Below are positions 31,684-41,693 of a stretch of 64,000 nt of DNA, piece after piece. The DNA is from Promethearchaeota archaeon (GTDB lineage Archaea > Asgardarchaeota > Lokiarchaeia > Sigyniarchaeales > SOKP01): assembly GCA_016839555.1 (NCBI GenBank), contig JAEOUA010000010.1:384001-448000 (forward strand), in the 5' to 3' direction. Within the stretch, counting starts at the first letter, position 1, and the number at the start of each line of letters is the position of its first letter. Made by a program: the position numbers and the translations under genes. The notes beneath the pieces were generated by a model that saw only the letters and a list, made by a program, of their open reading frames with translations, was not told the origin of the DNA and did not search any database.

Positions 31684-32070
31684 TTAAGTAAGAAATTCTA
31701 ATTTATGACCATCCAATCCATAGGAATAATCTTTAATGGTCTTTAATACCGTGGGGGATTTTTCATGTTTCAGAGCCCATTTAATAATTTTCTCACACTT
31801 ATTTTGATAATCTAATAGAAGATATTTAGCTGAGAGCGCTCTAACGCGTGGACTTTCATCAGACAATAAGCAATTTTCAAGAATATTGAATATTAAGTCT
31901 TTTTTAATATTTAATTTCCTCAACAACTCTATAGAAATTATTCTAATTTTCTCATAACTACTCCCTTCAATTAAGTACTTTAACATTTTCAACGTATTTT
32001 TTTTATCATATTCTTTCCGATTTAAATTGTCAGAGATTTTATTTAAGATTTCTAATTGTTTTTCAAACAT
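31684..32070 (-). CDS. HEAT-repeat protein
   Basis: IRIISIELL, LENCLLSDESPRVRALSA and WALKHEKS helical repeats. Confidence 0.65.
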   Translation of the reverse strand: MFEKQLEILNKISDNLNRKEYDKKNTLKMLKYLIEGSSYEKIRIISIELLRKLNIKKDLIFNILENCLLSDESPRVRALSAKYLLLDYQNKCEKIIKWALKHEKSPTVLKTIKDYSYGLDGHKLEFLT

Positions 32071-32233
32071 GATATTAAAATTGGATGAGCGTGTTAAATT
32101 TATTATATGTGCCTTTTGTATATAAATTTTTTCAAATGCTCTTTATTAATCGCTTGTAAGAATTTTATAACAAGGAAGAGAATGAAAAAGAGAAGATAAG
32201 AAGGGTGAATGTCATCCCGTCTTATATAAAAGA

Positions 32234-32344
32234 ATGAGTGAGATAATTAAACTCGGTGAGAGTTTAATAGAGGGCGAAATCCAATGTTTTGACGAGGATA
32301 ACAAATTATTTTTTCCCTTCTATGATTTAGATTGGGTTTTCTAA
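32234..32344 (+). CDS. Possible small protein (36 aa)
   Basis: MSEIIKLGESLIEGEIQCFDEDNKLFFPFYDLDWVF; coding-like composition only. Confidence 0.25.
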   Translation: MSEIIKLGESLIEGEIQCFDEDNKLFFPFYDLDWVF

Positions 32345-32549
32345 AATATAAAATATGAGATTTCAAGATTTGTTCTTGTGGATAGTACGGAATTCTTTAT
32401 CTAATTTCGTTTAAATGTTTACTAACGTTTTTCACATAAGGTCATTCAAAACCCATTAAAAAGAAAAAAATGAAATTAAATTTTATAAAATTGTACATTA
32501 AAAATGAGAAATTAAAATAATTGATTAATTAATTGAATAAAAAACACTT

Positions 32550-33713
32550 TTAAGTCGATAATAAAGTATTGCTTTCTTTAAATTTAGGCATGATTCGCAA
32601 TATCTCAGTGGTGATGCCATCGGCCAGACGTGCTAATTGATATTTTAAGGAAAATTTGTTTCCTAAGGTATTATAGATTAATTTCAATAAAAGCCCCACG
32701 GAAACTATTGTTATAATTATTATGGGTGTGAAGGTTGGCCAAGTTAAGATATGGGTAAAAAAGAAATAAAAGCTGTAATGAATTAGAAAAATGGAAAACG
32801 AATAATACGAAAAATAGAAGAAGAAACGATATTTCTTATCAATATGAATGAAATCTAACTTTTCTATGTTAAAAAGTGTTGGATATAAGAATACTAACGC
32901 TCCTACGGCATAGATAACCCATGCAGTATTTCTTCGATGCCAGAGAAAATCTTCAACGACAAGTGGAAGGGGGATAATAAAAGAAGCAATTAACATTAAA
33001 ATTAAGCCCGATATTACTAAGGGGAGCGTAATTTCACTAAAATAATTAACATGAGACATTTCAGGTTCTCGATTAATGTAATTTTCGAATATAATATCTG
33101 CGATTACCGTTCCAATTAAGAAAAACGGAAAATTGGATAAAATTGGAGTTAATTGATATCCGTTATAGAGGAAATAAAAGATCACACTTAAGGGATGCCC
33201 TTGAAGATTTTTGAATTGAACTAAATAAGAATAAAGATAATGATCAATAATAATAATTGCAGCAGCGACCACAATTTTCACAATTTTCTTACATTTTAAT
33301 AAGGGCCATGCAAGTAAAATTGAAGTGGGTAAAGTGAATAAAATAAACCAATTCCAAATTAAACTGAGATTGTTAGAAAGAATCGCATCAACGGTATTAT
33401 AAATGAATCCTACGATAAGAAGGAAAATTGCTCTTAAGATGTAGTTAAGGCGGAGCTTTTCATATGAAAAAGCATCATCAGTTTTAATTCTTTCAATTTT
33501 ATTTCTATAAGATAAGGTAAGACTAATACCTGAGATAAATAAAAATCCGCTTCCACCGATTACGTCAACAAATACTACAATATCATTAAGTAAATAAAAT
33601 GACTCATGCGACATCCACCATTCTGCCAAATGACCAAAAATCATCCACGTTATACATACACCACGAAAGAAATCGAGGCTATTCAATCGCTTTTTCATGA
33701 TAAAAATCTCCAA
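32550..33713 (-). CDS. DUF1624 / heparan-alpha-glucosaminide N-acetyltransferase-like membrane protein
   Basis: RLNSLDFFRG..I.WMIFGH and FLFISGISL motifs; multiple TM segments. Confidence 0.78.
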   Translation of the reverse strand: MEIFIMKKRLNSLDFFRGVCITWMIFGHLAEWWMSHESFYLLNDIVVFVDVIGGSGFLFISGISLTLSYRNKIERIKTDDAFSYEKLRLNYILRAIFLLIVGFIYNTVDAILSNNLSLIWNWFILFTLPTSILLAWPLLKCKKIVKIVVAAAIIIIDHYLYSYLVQFKNLQGHPLSVIFYFLYNGYQLTPILSNFPFFLIGTVIADIIFENYINREPEMSHVNYFSEITLPLVISGLILMLIASFIIPLPLVVEDFLWHRRNTAWVIYAVGALVFLYPTLFNIEKLDFIHIDKKYRFFFYFSYYSFSIFLIHYSFYFFFTHILTWPTFTPIIIITIVSVGLLLKLIYNTLGNKFSLKYQLARLADGITTEILRIMPKFKESNTLLST

Positions 33714-33745
33714 TGACCAGTTTAATAAAAAAATAATGCAACCTA

Positions 33746-35155
33746 TTAATTTTTTATTTTTTTAATAATCCCCTTAGCTGCAATAATTCCAGACACAGCA
33801 GCAGCAACAATACCTCTTGAAAACCCAGCGCCATCTCCGGCAAAAAATATGTTTTGAACTTGTCTTGACTCTAAATACTCATTAACATCAACTTTTTTCG
33901 CACTACGTTTAAATTCGGGAGCATATATCAGAGTGCTATTATTATTAACTCCGGGGATCACTTTATCTAAATTCGCTAACCCTTCTAATATATCTGTTAC
34001 AAATCTATATGGATAGGCCATAGCAATATCCCCTGGGGTATAATCATTAAGAGTGGGTTGTACTGGATTTCTTTCAATTAACGATTGACGAGACCTATGA
34101 CCTTTTCGTAAATCACCTAATGTCTGTAATAATGGCTTATATCCACCTAAAATTGAAGTCTGTTTTGCTATGGAACGCCCATATTCAGTGGTATCTTCCA
34201 ACGGAGCTGTTAATGTCTGGCGGATTAAAAATGCAAAATTAGAGGTTTCAGACTCGCCATTTATAGAAATTTGATGTCCGTTTACACCAACGATGTGTTC
34301 TTCATAATTTTCTTTAACAACGTAGCCTTCATGATTGACACAAAAAGTTCGAATGAAATCATTATAAGTGGGGGTTATAATATGAAATTTGGGGTCTCTT
34401 TGAACATTTTCACATATATTTTCTAAAATTATTGAAGGAACCTCCACTCTCACTCCTATATCTAAAGGTTCATAAAAAGTATTAAGTCCTAATTGATCAC
34501 ACTGCTGAGCAAGCCATAACATTCCCCAACGTCCAGGTGCAATTAAGAGAAAATCAAATTGTTGCTTCCTATTTTGCTTAAAAATTAGATTTTTTTGCTT
34601 ATCAAATGCGAGAACTTTAGTATCTGGAATTATTTCAACATCAAAATTAGATTCAAGATAATTTACAATAGATTTAATTACTTTTGGCGTATTTTTAGAT
34701 CCTAAAAGGCGTTGTTTAATCGGGATGAATCGTATATCCACAGCTGCGCATTTTCGTTTCAATTCTATCAACTCCTCTCCATTGTTATAGGGATCAAAAA
34801 CATTATTTGGAGCACCATTAGCCACAAAAAAACTATCTATTTCATTAATAATTTGATTTACATCAAGATTCACCTTATTACATAAGGCTTCCAAGTCGCC
34901 CCCAATTTTCTTATGTAAATTAAGGATGCCAGAAGACCATACCCCCGCTCCTCCCACACCACTCATTATCCTACACGGGTCACATTGCGCACATTCATAT
35001 TCTGACTTTTGAGGACAATTTCTGTTTTCAATAGAAGGTCCGGCCTCAAACAATTTAATTTCTACTTTATTGCCTAAGTTCTTTCCAAGTTCATTGGCAG
35101 CAAATAATCCTGCGGATCCCGCACCCACTATACCAATCTTTAGATTCTTTGACAT
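33746..35155 (-). CDS. FAD-dependent oxidoreductase (uncharacterised NAD(FAD)-dehydrogenase family)
   Basis: VGAGSAG, CP..C..C.PC...GVGGAG, DIGVRVE, RTFC and GDGAG.SRG motifs. Confidence 0.85.
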   Translation of the reverse strand: MSKNLKIGIVGAGSAGLFAANELGKNLGNKVEIKLFEAGPSIENRNCPQKSEYECAQCDPCRIMSGVGGAGVWSSGILNLHKKIGGDLEALCNKVNLDVNQIINEIDSFFVANGAPNNVFDPYNNGEELIELKRKCAAVDIRFIPIKQRLLGSKNTPKVIKSIVNYLESNFDVEIIPDTKVLAFDKQKNLIFKQNRKQQFDFLLIAPGRWGMLWLAQQCDQLGLNTFYEPLDIGVRVEVPSIILENICENVQRDPKFHIITPTYNDFIRTFCVNHEGYVVKENYEEHIVGVNGHQISINGESETSNFAFLIRQTLTAPLEDTTEYGRSIAKQTSILGGYKPLLQTLGDLRKGHRSRQSLIERNPVQPTLNDYTPGDIAMAYPYRFVTDILEGLANLDKVIPGVNNNSTLIYAPEFKRSAKKVDVNEYLESRQVQNIFFAGDGAGFSRGIVAAAVSGIIAAKGIIKKIKN

Positions 35156-35218
35156 TTCAACTTTTTAAATATTCTTTTTCATAAATATTTTACATATAAA
35201 AGTATATCAATAAAAAAA

Positions 35219-36190
35219 CTATATTATATGTTTTAATATGTATTCATGAGAAAAGAAATCCTTTTTTTCTATTTTTTTAACTCGATTTTCATTAATTAAT
35301 TCGAGAAGATGCTGATGTATCATTCCTCCGTCCCAAAGATAATACAATTCTTTAATAGGCTCAAAAATTCGTTCCTGTGGAGTTATTATTCGTTGATCTA
35401 TTAATTCTCGAAGCGATTGGGGCTTTTCTTTACTTAAACTATTGATGACTTTTTCTTTATTTTTATCAATTTTTTCTCGTATCCTATTAAAAAAGTTCTC
35501 ATCCTTCTCATTATAGAAATTTCCATGAGCGGGGACTAAAATATAATCATCATTGAGATACAGTTTTTCCAATTTATCGATAGATTTTCTATATTGGAAT
35601 ATATCACTGTTTAAATCTCCATAATATGGATGGCTTCCAATATCTGCTACATATAATATTTTTCTTGCTTTATTATTTTTTGAAGAAATTTTAAATGCAG
35701 TATGACCGGGAGAATGTCCTGGAATATGAATAGATTCTATTAAAAAGGACGCACAATCAAAATTATCCTTTCCAGGAATAAAACTATTTACATATTTACA
35801 TTCTTGAAATTTAATATATTGCTTAATCATCATGCTATATTGTTCTTTTAAATTTAATTTATTAAAACCCACTCTTTCCATTAATTTATCCAAATTGGTT
35901 AAATAATCCATTTCTTGTATAGGACAAAACAACGGGGTGTAAAATTTTTCTTGGTGATAAAATGCATGGGCAGTATGATCTAGATGCCCGTGCGAAAATA
36001 TTAGCATTTTGGATGTTTTAATTCTGGAATAAAGCTCATCTATAGCATCAAAAGGATAATTCGCATCTATTAAAAGGGAGTTTGTTAATCCATTATTTTG
36101 AATCACCAAACTATTAAGTATATTGACTCGGTTTGATTTCTCCTTTACTAAATAAACTCCATTAATTAATTTTTTCCAATTTAATCTCAT
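35219..36190 (-). CDS. MBL-fold metallo-hydrolase
   Basis: SHGHLDH, PGHSPGH and PAHG motifs. Confidence 0.85.
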   Translation of the reverse strand: MRLNWKKLINGVYLVKEKSNRVNILNSLVIQNNGLTNSLLIDANYPFDAIDELYSRIKTSKMLIFSHGHLDHTAHAFYHQEKFYTPLFCPIQEMDYLTNLDKLMERVGFNKLNLKEQYSMMIKQYIKFQECKYVNSFIPGKDNFDCASFLIESIHIPGHSPGHTAFKISSKNNKARKILYVADIGSHPYYGDLNSDIFQYRKSIDKLEKLYLNDDYILVPAHGNFYNEKDENFFNRIREKIDKNKEKVINSLSKEKPQSLRELIDQRIITPQERIFEPIKELYYLWDGGMIHQHLLELINENRVKKIEKKDFFSHEYILKHII

Positions 36191-36289
36191 TATTTATAAA
36201 AATATATTATTAAGAATAAATTTAAATTAAAAAATAGTGTAAAAAACATTAATAAATGTCTAAAAAATAAGCTTTGAAACTTATTTTCA

Positions 36290-36448
36290 TTAATCTATAG
36301 GATACCAATGCTTACAATTTACACACTGTTTAATTCTTTGCCATTTTATTGAACCATTATCTTTAATTGCCATCTTCCGTTTCATCATTCGACCTGAACA
36401 TTTCTCACATATTCCAGAGAACTTTATATTACTTTTTTCAAGAGTCAT
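36290..36448 (-). CDS. Small zinc-ribbon protein (52 aa), missed by the ORF track
   Basis: MTLEKSNIKFSGICEKCSGRMMKRKMAIKDNGSIKWQRIKQCVNCKHWYPID; two CxxC pairs. Confidence 0.7.
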   Translation of the reverse strand: MTLEKSNIKFSGICEKCSGRMMKRKMAIKDNGSIKWQRIKQCVNCKHWYPID

Positions 36449-36803
36449 AATTGTTTTAGATATCCTATCTTATTTTAAGACTAAAAAAAACCCATATATT
36501 AGTAGAATAATAAAAAATATTTTATTTAAATATATGTTTGATAAAAAAAAGGGTGAGTAGTATATCGACATTATTATTAATTAATAGATCTCCCTTAAAG
36601 ATTATTTCTTAATTGAATTTCCTTTTAAAACTATAGTATTAATTAATTATCTTCTCTGAACAGGAAATAAGTAAGATAAAATATATTTATTAATAGTTAT
36701 CACTATTCCTTTACTATCAAATCAAGACATTTCTATTTTATTGATACATACCAAAAAACATTTCACATAAAACAAAAAAAGGTCACAAGAGGAATGCATT
36801 TAT

Positions 36804-37487
36804 ATGGATATAATGAATATTCTTAAAATTATTACAGCTATTATAACCGTTATTCTCGCTTTTATAGTAGGGATTATTGAATTAAAGAAAAATCCAGAAT
36901 ATTGGTTAAATAGATGGTTTGCATTATTTTTTTCAGCAATTTCCTTAGGATTCTTGTTTTATACTATATATCATTTCATATTATTTAATCCTGCCCCTAT
37001 TATTCCTTTAATGATAACTGCCCAAATACTTTATCATTTGGGTTTAGTAAGCGTTTTGATGACCGTTTTTGTGTTAGATTATTCTGAAACGGTAGCAATG
37101 AGTGTAAAATATTTACTCATTATCCTTGTAATTTTTATATTATCAATTTTTGGATATTTTATTTGGATCCCCACCCTGAATATGGAGCGATTCGAACAAG
37201 GAATTGTTGATACGGAAACTCCTTTGGCATGGTATATTTATGTAAGTATCTTTAGAATCGCAATTTTAATTTATATATTATATAAATTTTGGAGTATTTC
37301 AAAAAAATTTGAAGGTGAGGAAAAAACAAGAGTTTTATGGTTCTTTATTGGCTCCATTGTTAATGTTGCAGGCATATTTATGAATATGTTAGGGGGCATA
37401 ATTTCATCATTACTGCTGGAGATTATAGGATTAGCATTATTTAATGTTGGAGCTTTATTAACATTAAAAGGTTTTTTAGTGAAATAG
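36804..37487 (+). CDS. Stand-alone 7TM membrane protein (HisKA_7TM-like)
   Basis: About 7 TM segments, KNPEYWLNRWFALFF motif, no soluble output domain. Confidence 0.55.
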   Translation: MDIMNILKIITAIITVILAFIVGIIELKKNPEYWLNRWFALFFSAISLGFLFYTIYHFILFNPAPIIPLMITAQILYHLGLVSVLMTVFVLDYSETVAMSVKYLLIILVIFILSIFGYFIWIPTLNMERFEQGIVDTETPLAWYIYVSIFRIAILIYILYKFWSISKKFEGEEKTRVLWFFIGSIVNVAGIFMNMLGGIISSLLLEIIGLALFNVGALLTLKGFLVK

Positions 37488-37514
37488 AATATTATTCTTT
37501 CTTTTTTATTTCTT

Positions 37515-39455
37515 CTATTTATTTTTTTCAACCAGCCAAATGGGGCTTGCCCATGCCATCTGATCATTGCTCAAAAATATTCTGGGATAATAGAAGCAAA
37601 ATTGTTCATCATTTTTCAGTTTTACGTTATTTATAGTTATTAAATTAAAACTTTCAGTATCTATGTAATTGAGATTATAAATTTTTGAATCAACTACTAT
37701 TTCAGCTATAATATCATTATTTCTAATTATTTCTACCTTTTTAATCAACAATGGACTATAAATTTTAAGAGATAATTTTCTCTTATAATATAAATCGTTA
37801 TTTTCTTTTTGAAGTAAATCGATTATATCGCCCATAAAAAATTTATCAAGCCAAAATTCGAGAATTAATCTAGGACCAGTTGATCCATAACATTTTCGAT
37901 TATTTAGAGCCTTCCATAGTTCTTCTTTATTTAATTTATCTTTATAAGACCAAATTGCCATTATTCCTGAGGGATATAAACCATTATCTATATCAATGGG
38001 CCCTGAAGGATAATATCCAAAGTGATCATCTCCTCCTGCTATGAAACCCAGTTTATATCCATTCTGGAGAGCATCTTTTACATATGAACCTTCCTTTCCT
38101 AATACAGCTCCTCTTTTACGTGCATATTTCCCATATCCAAAAAACTTGTATCTGGGTGGAAGAGGATTTCCTTCTGAATAAGAGTATTCTTGATTTCCCC
38201 AAGTAGAATATATCTCCACTAATTTTTCAAGAGACTGATCGAAATAGTCCCAATTACGATATCCTGGTCTCAAAGCAGTATGATGTCCTATTAAAAGAAT
38301 TTGATCTTTGTAATTTTGAAGATTTTTAATTAGTTTTTGAGTGGAGTTATATTTATTTATATCAGATCGCAAAATTGGGAGCTTGTTATACTTATGATAA
38401 ATACAAATATCACCATAGCCCGAATACCATGTTCCATATTCATACCCAAAAATGGATACAAATGTATCATTTTCATTATATTTCTCGACAAGACTTTTGA
38501 TATCATTAAAATCTTCATTAGTAGTTTCCCAAGCATGGTCATGTTCCGTGGTTGTACCGAAATCCAATCCAGCATTAATTAGATTCTCAAAATATTCATT
38601 GACAGATCTCATCCCATCACTTTTATCAGTATGTGCATGTAGATAACCCCAATAAAGCTTTTGATGTTTATTTTTGTTAGATGAACAGACTATAATATTA
38701 GATTCATAAAGTTCTGAATGATATTCAATTTCTATATAATAAATACCTTCTTTGTCAAATTGAAGATATTTTATCCATTGTATACCTTCGTTACTTTTCA
38801 TAGAATCTAATTCTGTTAAGAAATGTTTTTCATTCGTTTCCGCATTTATTTGAAAAATTCTTATCATAGATGGTTGATGGGGCACCAAATTATAATATTT
38901 ATCTTCAAACCGTAATAAAATTTTAAAAGATTCTCCTAAGCTTACAATAGAAGGACCAATTATTGTAATATGATCAAATTTTTTACTAATTACATTAATA
39001 GTTGGGCTATTTTTAAGAAGTTTTGGTAATTTAGAAGGAGATTTGATCAAAATTTCAATTTTTTTATTTTTTTCAATGATGGACTGGGCTAATGTGTTTT
39101 TAATAGAAAAAGAAATTAATGTATTTCTTGGGATACCTATTGGATCTGTAATAAAATAAGAGATAGAGAGTTCTTTACCCGTTGTTATTATCGGAATCAT
39201 TTCAATTGGAGTCTTTAGGTTTAATTTCGCATACCCATTAGAATTTGGGTCTTCCGTTTGTAGAAAATACCAATCATTTTTATTATTTCTACCTCCTCGA
39301 AATCTAAAAATTAGAATACAATTTTTTGGAATTGAAATACCTAATTTAAAATTTAATTTAATGGAACATAATTCACGAACTTTAACGCTTTTCGGAAATA
39401 TTTGAATATTTTCGATATCATTACTGCTTTGGTTTAAAGATAATTTTTCAACCAT
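37515..39455 (-). CDS. DUF3604 / PHP-like domain protein
   Basis: YWGYLHAHTDKSDG, TEHD, GYE, VEIYSTWG, GGDDH and AWASPIW motifs. Confidence 0.8.
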   Translation of the reverse strand: MVEKLSLNQSSNDIENIQIFPKSVKVRELCSIKLNFKLGISIPKNCILIFRFRGGRNNKNDWYFLQTEDPNSNGYAKLNLKTPIEMIPIITTGKELSISYFITDPIGIPRNTLISFSIKNTLAQSIIEKNKKIEILIKSPSKLPKLLKNSPTINVISKKFDHITIIGPSIVSLGESFKILLRFEDKYYNLVPHQPSMIRIFQINAETNEKHFLTELDSMKSNEGIQWIKYLQFDKEGIYYIEIEYHSELYESNIIVCSSNKNKHQKLYWGYLHAHTDKSDGMRSVNEYFENLINAGLDFGTTTEHDHAWETTNEDFNDIKSLVEKYNENDTFVSIFGYEYGTWYSGYGDICIYHKYNKLPILRSDINKYNSTQKLIKNLQNYKDQILLIGHHTALRPGYRNWDYFDQSLEKLVEIYSTWGNQEYSYSEGNPLPPRYKFFGYGKYARKRGAVLGKEGSYVKDALQNGYKLGFIAGGDDHFGYYPSGPIDIDNGLYPSGIMAIWSYKDKLNKEELWKALNNRKCYGSTGPRLILEFWLDKFFMGDIIDLLQKENNDLYYKRKLSLKIYSPLLIKKVEIIRNNDIIAEIVVDSKIYNLNYIDTESFNLITINNVKLKNDEQFCFYYPRIFLSNDQMAWASPIWLVEKNK

Positions 39456-39533
39456 ACTAATAGGTTAATATTTCATTCGAATAAAAAGCCACTATAATCA
39501 AACTTTTATTAAATTCTAAAAAAAAAGAATAAT

Positions 39534-39600
39534 CCCATAACCTTTGCAAGGTAGTCTTCAAATGTCTCATATTTTTACATTTGAGTCATCCTAAATGGGT
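39534..39600 (-). promoter_or_regulatory. Eukaryote-like SECIS element
   Basis: Minus strand, right after the TAG stop: ATGAC-TCAAATGT-AAAAATATGAG-ACATTTGA-AGAC (AUGA/GA core, perfect 8-bp stem, A-rich apical loop); lower CCCAT/ATGGG pairing. Confidence 0.8.
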
Positions 39601-40118
39601 TTAATATTTTTTTCAATCGCATTTATAATTAATTTAATATCAGGTCTATCAGGTTTACTTTCTGGCATATAAATCCACACAATTTCACCAGATTTGTTGA
39701 TTAAAAATTTTGAGGGAATAGCTTGCTTAGATTTTATATTTTTTTCTCCAACTTTATCATAAACATCAACATTAAACATTTGAACAATTTGTGCCCCTTT
39801 GTCCGAAATCTGAGGAAATTGTAAACTATTTTCTTTTTGATACTGTTTTAATTGATTCAAATTATCGGTTGATATTGATATTAGCTTAATTTTATGTTTA
39901 TTAAATTCATCTAAATGATTATTTAAGAGGATTGAATGCTCTTTTCAAGCATGTCACCACACTCCGCGGAAAAAATCTATGAGTAATCCTTTATTATTTT
40001 GAAGAATCTCTGATAAATCTATTTTATTGCCATCACCGTCTGTGATTGAAAATTGAGGTACTTTTTCTCCTACAGAAAGACCTTTATCACCGGCATAATT
40101 GTTTTTATTACTCATCAT
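39591..40118 (-). CDS. Peroxiredoxin-like (AhpC/TSA, thioredoxin-fold) selenoprotein with UxxU motif, 175 aa
   Basis: Reading through two in-frame TGA codons (39956-39954 and 39947-39945) gives ...GLSVGEKVPQFSITDGDG...IDFFRGVW-U-HA-U-KEH...ISISTD...FPQISD...PSKFLINKSGEIVW; the TGAs sit exactly at the CxxC positions; SECIS downstream. Confidence 0.88.
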
Positions 40119-40243
40119 TCCATTATCATGTATTTTATTATTTAAATAATTATATAATAATCTAAAATAAATAAAGAATGCCTGATGTGGGCAAATATTG
40201 TGAACTTGGAAAATTATAAAAGTATAAATTTAAATAGAATTGT

Positions 40244-40279
40244 GATTATAGGGATCATAATGATCATAATGATCATAGG
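40244..40279 (+). repeat. Four tandem 9-bp repeats, probable operator
   Basis: GATTATAGG GATCATAAT GATCATAAT GATCATAGG, 12 nt upstream of the RHH gene start. Confidence 0.6.
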
Positions 40280-40291
40280 AAAGTAAAAGAA

Positions 40292-40654
40292 ATGAAGGAC
40301 GAGAAAAGAGATAGATTTATTAAGGTAATGTTAACTGAGGGAGAATATAAAGATATTGAGAGATTTTCTCATATTGAATTTATGAATAAGTCAGAATTCA
40401 TACGAGAATCAGTTAAAAAAAGTATATATCAAATTAAAGACGAAATCTTACCACATAAACAGGATAGAATAAAAGATGGGCGAATTAAAAAAGAAATCTT
40501 TAAAGAAGCAAAAATGGCAATTAGTGCTCATGCTAATAATAAATATTTAGAAAAATCGAATAAAGAAGACTTAAAGCTCCATCAAAAAATGATTTATAAG
40601 AGAAAGCAAGAAATAGAAAATGAATTGGAGGAAATTAGAAAATCATTAAAATAA
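40292..40654 (+). CDS. Ribbon-helix-helix (CopG-like) DNA-binding protein
   Basis: Beta strand FIKVML, helix TEGEYKDIERFS, MNKSEFIRESV; coiled-coil tail. Confidence 0.65.
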   Translation: MKDEKRDRFIKVMLTEGEYKDIERFSHIEFMNKSEFIRESVKKSIYQIKDEILPHKQDRIKDGRIKKEIFKEAKMAISAHANNKYLEKSNKEDLKLHQKMIYKRKQEIENELEEIRKSLK

Positions 40655-41575
40655 TCATTCTTTCTTATACTCCGATTTATTTTTAATTATCGTAATAAAG
40701 ATTGCGATTAAAATTAATCCTGAACCGAGTAAACCTAAGGGAGTCAATATCTCGTCTCCCAAAAAATATCCAAATATTGCAGCAAACACTGGCTCAAGTG
40801 CGAAAATTATTGCCGTTGTTACTGAATCTTGATGCTTTTGACTCCAATTCTGAAATAAGAATGTAAGGGTTGTAACAATTAGGCCCATATAAATCATAAT
40901 CAACCAAAAATCTGATGTAAATGTTATTTGAGAATATTGTTCTTGGAATAGCAATGAAGAGGAGATGCAACATAAAATTATAGTACTAAGCTGGATTATT
41001 GAATAAAGATAAATATTCACGATTTTTACTGCTTTTTCAGTGTAAATAATAAATAAAGCGCAAAATACTGCACATATTAAAACCCAAATATCTCCTAAAA
41101 TAATCCCTTTTTCTCCTTCTAAAAACAAAAATGCTAACCCGATTACAGAAATGAATGCCGCTAACCACACACGTTTCTTAAAGGATTTTTTAAAAAAAAT
41201 TCTTCCTAAAAAGGGGACCATTATCGTACTTAAACCCGTAATGAATCCTGCTTTTCCAGCAGTAGTAGTCTTTAAACCAATAGTTTGTGTCGCTATCGCA
41301 ACAAAATAAATCAATCCAGAAATTATTCCCATCATTATAATTTTTTTATTAAGCTTTTTTAGATAAATAAAATAAGGAGAGAATCCTATTAATGCAATTA
41401 TAAAACGGAGGCTAAGATAGAAAAAGAGCGGCACATCTTTAATCACAGTTTTGGTAATGATAAATGTTGAACCCCAAAACACCGTAGTTAAAATAAGCAA
41501 AAAGAGTGCAATTGGTTTTTTTTTATTTTTTAATAATTCTTTTTCTCTAATTGGTTTTCCTTGGTTAGTTTCCAT
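40655..41575 (-). CDS. EamA/DMT family transporter
   Basis: FWGSTF, LRF, QTIGL..TTAGKAGFITGL and FALEPVFA motifs. Confidence 0.9.
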   Translation of the reverse strand: METNQGKPIREKELLKNKKKPIALFLLILTTVFWGSTFIITKTVIKDVPLFFYLSLRFIIALIGFSPYFIYLKKLNKKIIMMGIISGLIYFVAIATQTIGLKTTTAGKAGFITGLSTIMVPFLGRIFFKKSFKKRVWLAAFISVIGLAFLFLEGEKGIILGDIWVLICAVFCALFIIYTEKAVKIVNIYLYSIIQLSTIILCCISSSLLFQEQYSQITFTSDFWLIMIYMGLIVTTLTFLFQNWSQKHQDSVTTAIIFALEPVFAAIFGYFLGDEILTPLGLLGSGLILIAIFITIIKNKSEYKKE

Positions 41576-41693
41576 TTATAAAACAAATAGCATTTTTACT
41601 ATTCAAAAAGTGAATTCTAATAAAAAATATTGCTTTTTATAGGGATAAAAAGAATAAAAAAAAGAGCTTTCTTTAATAATTTAAAAATCTCTT

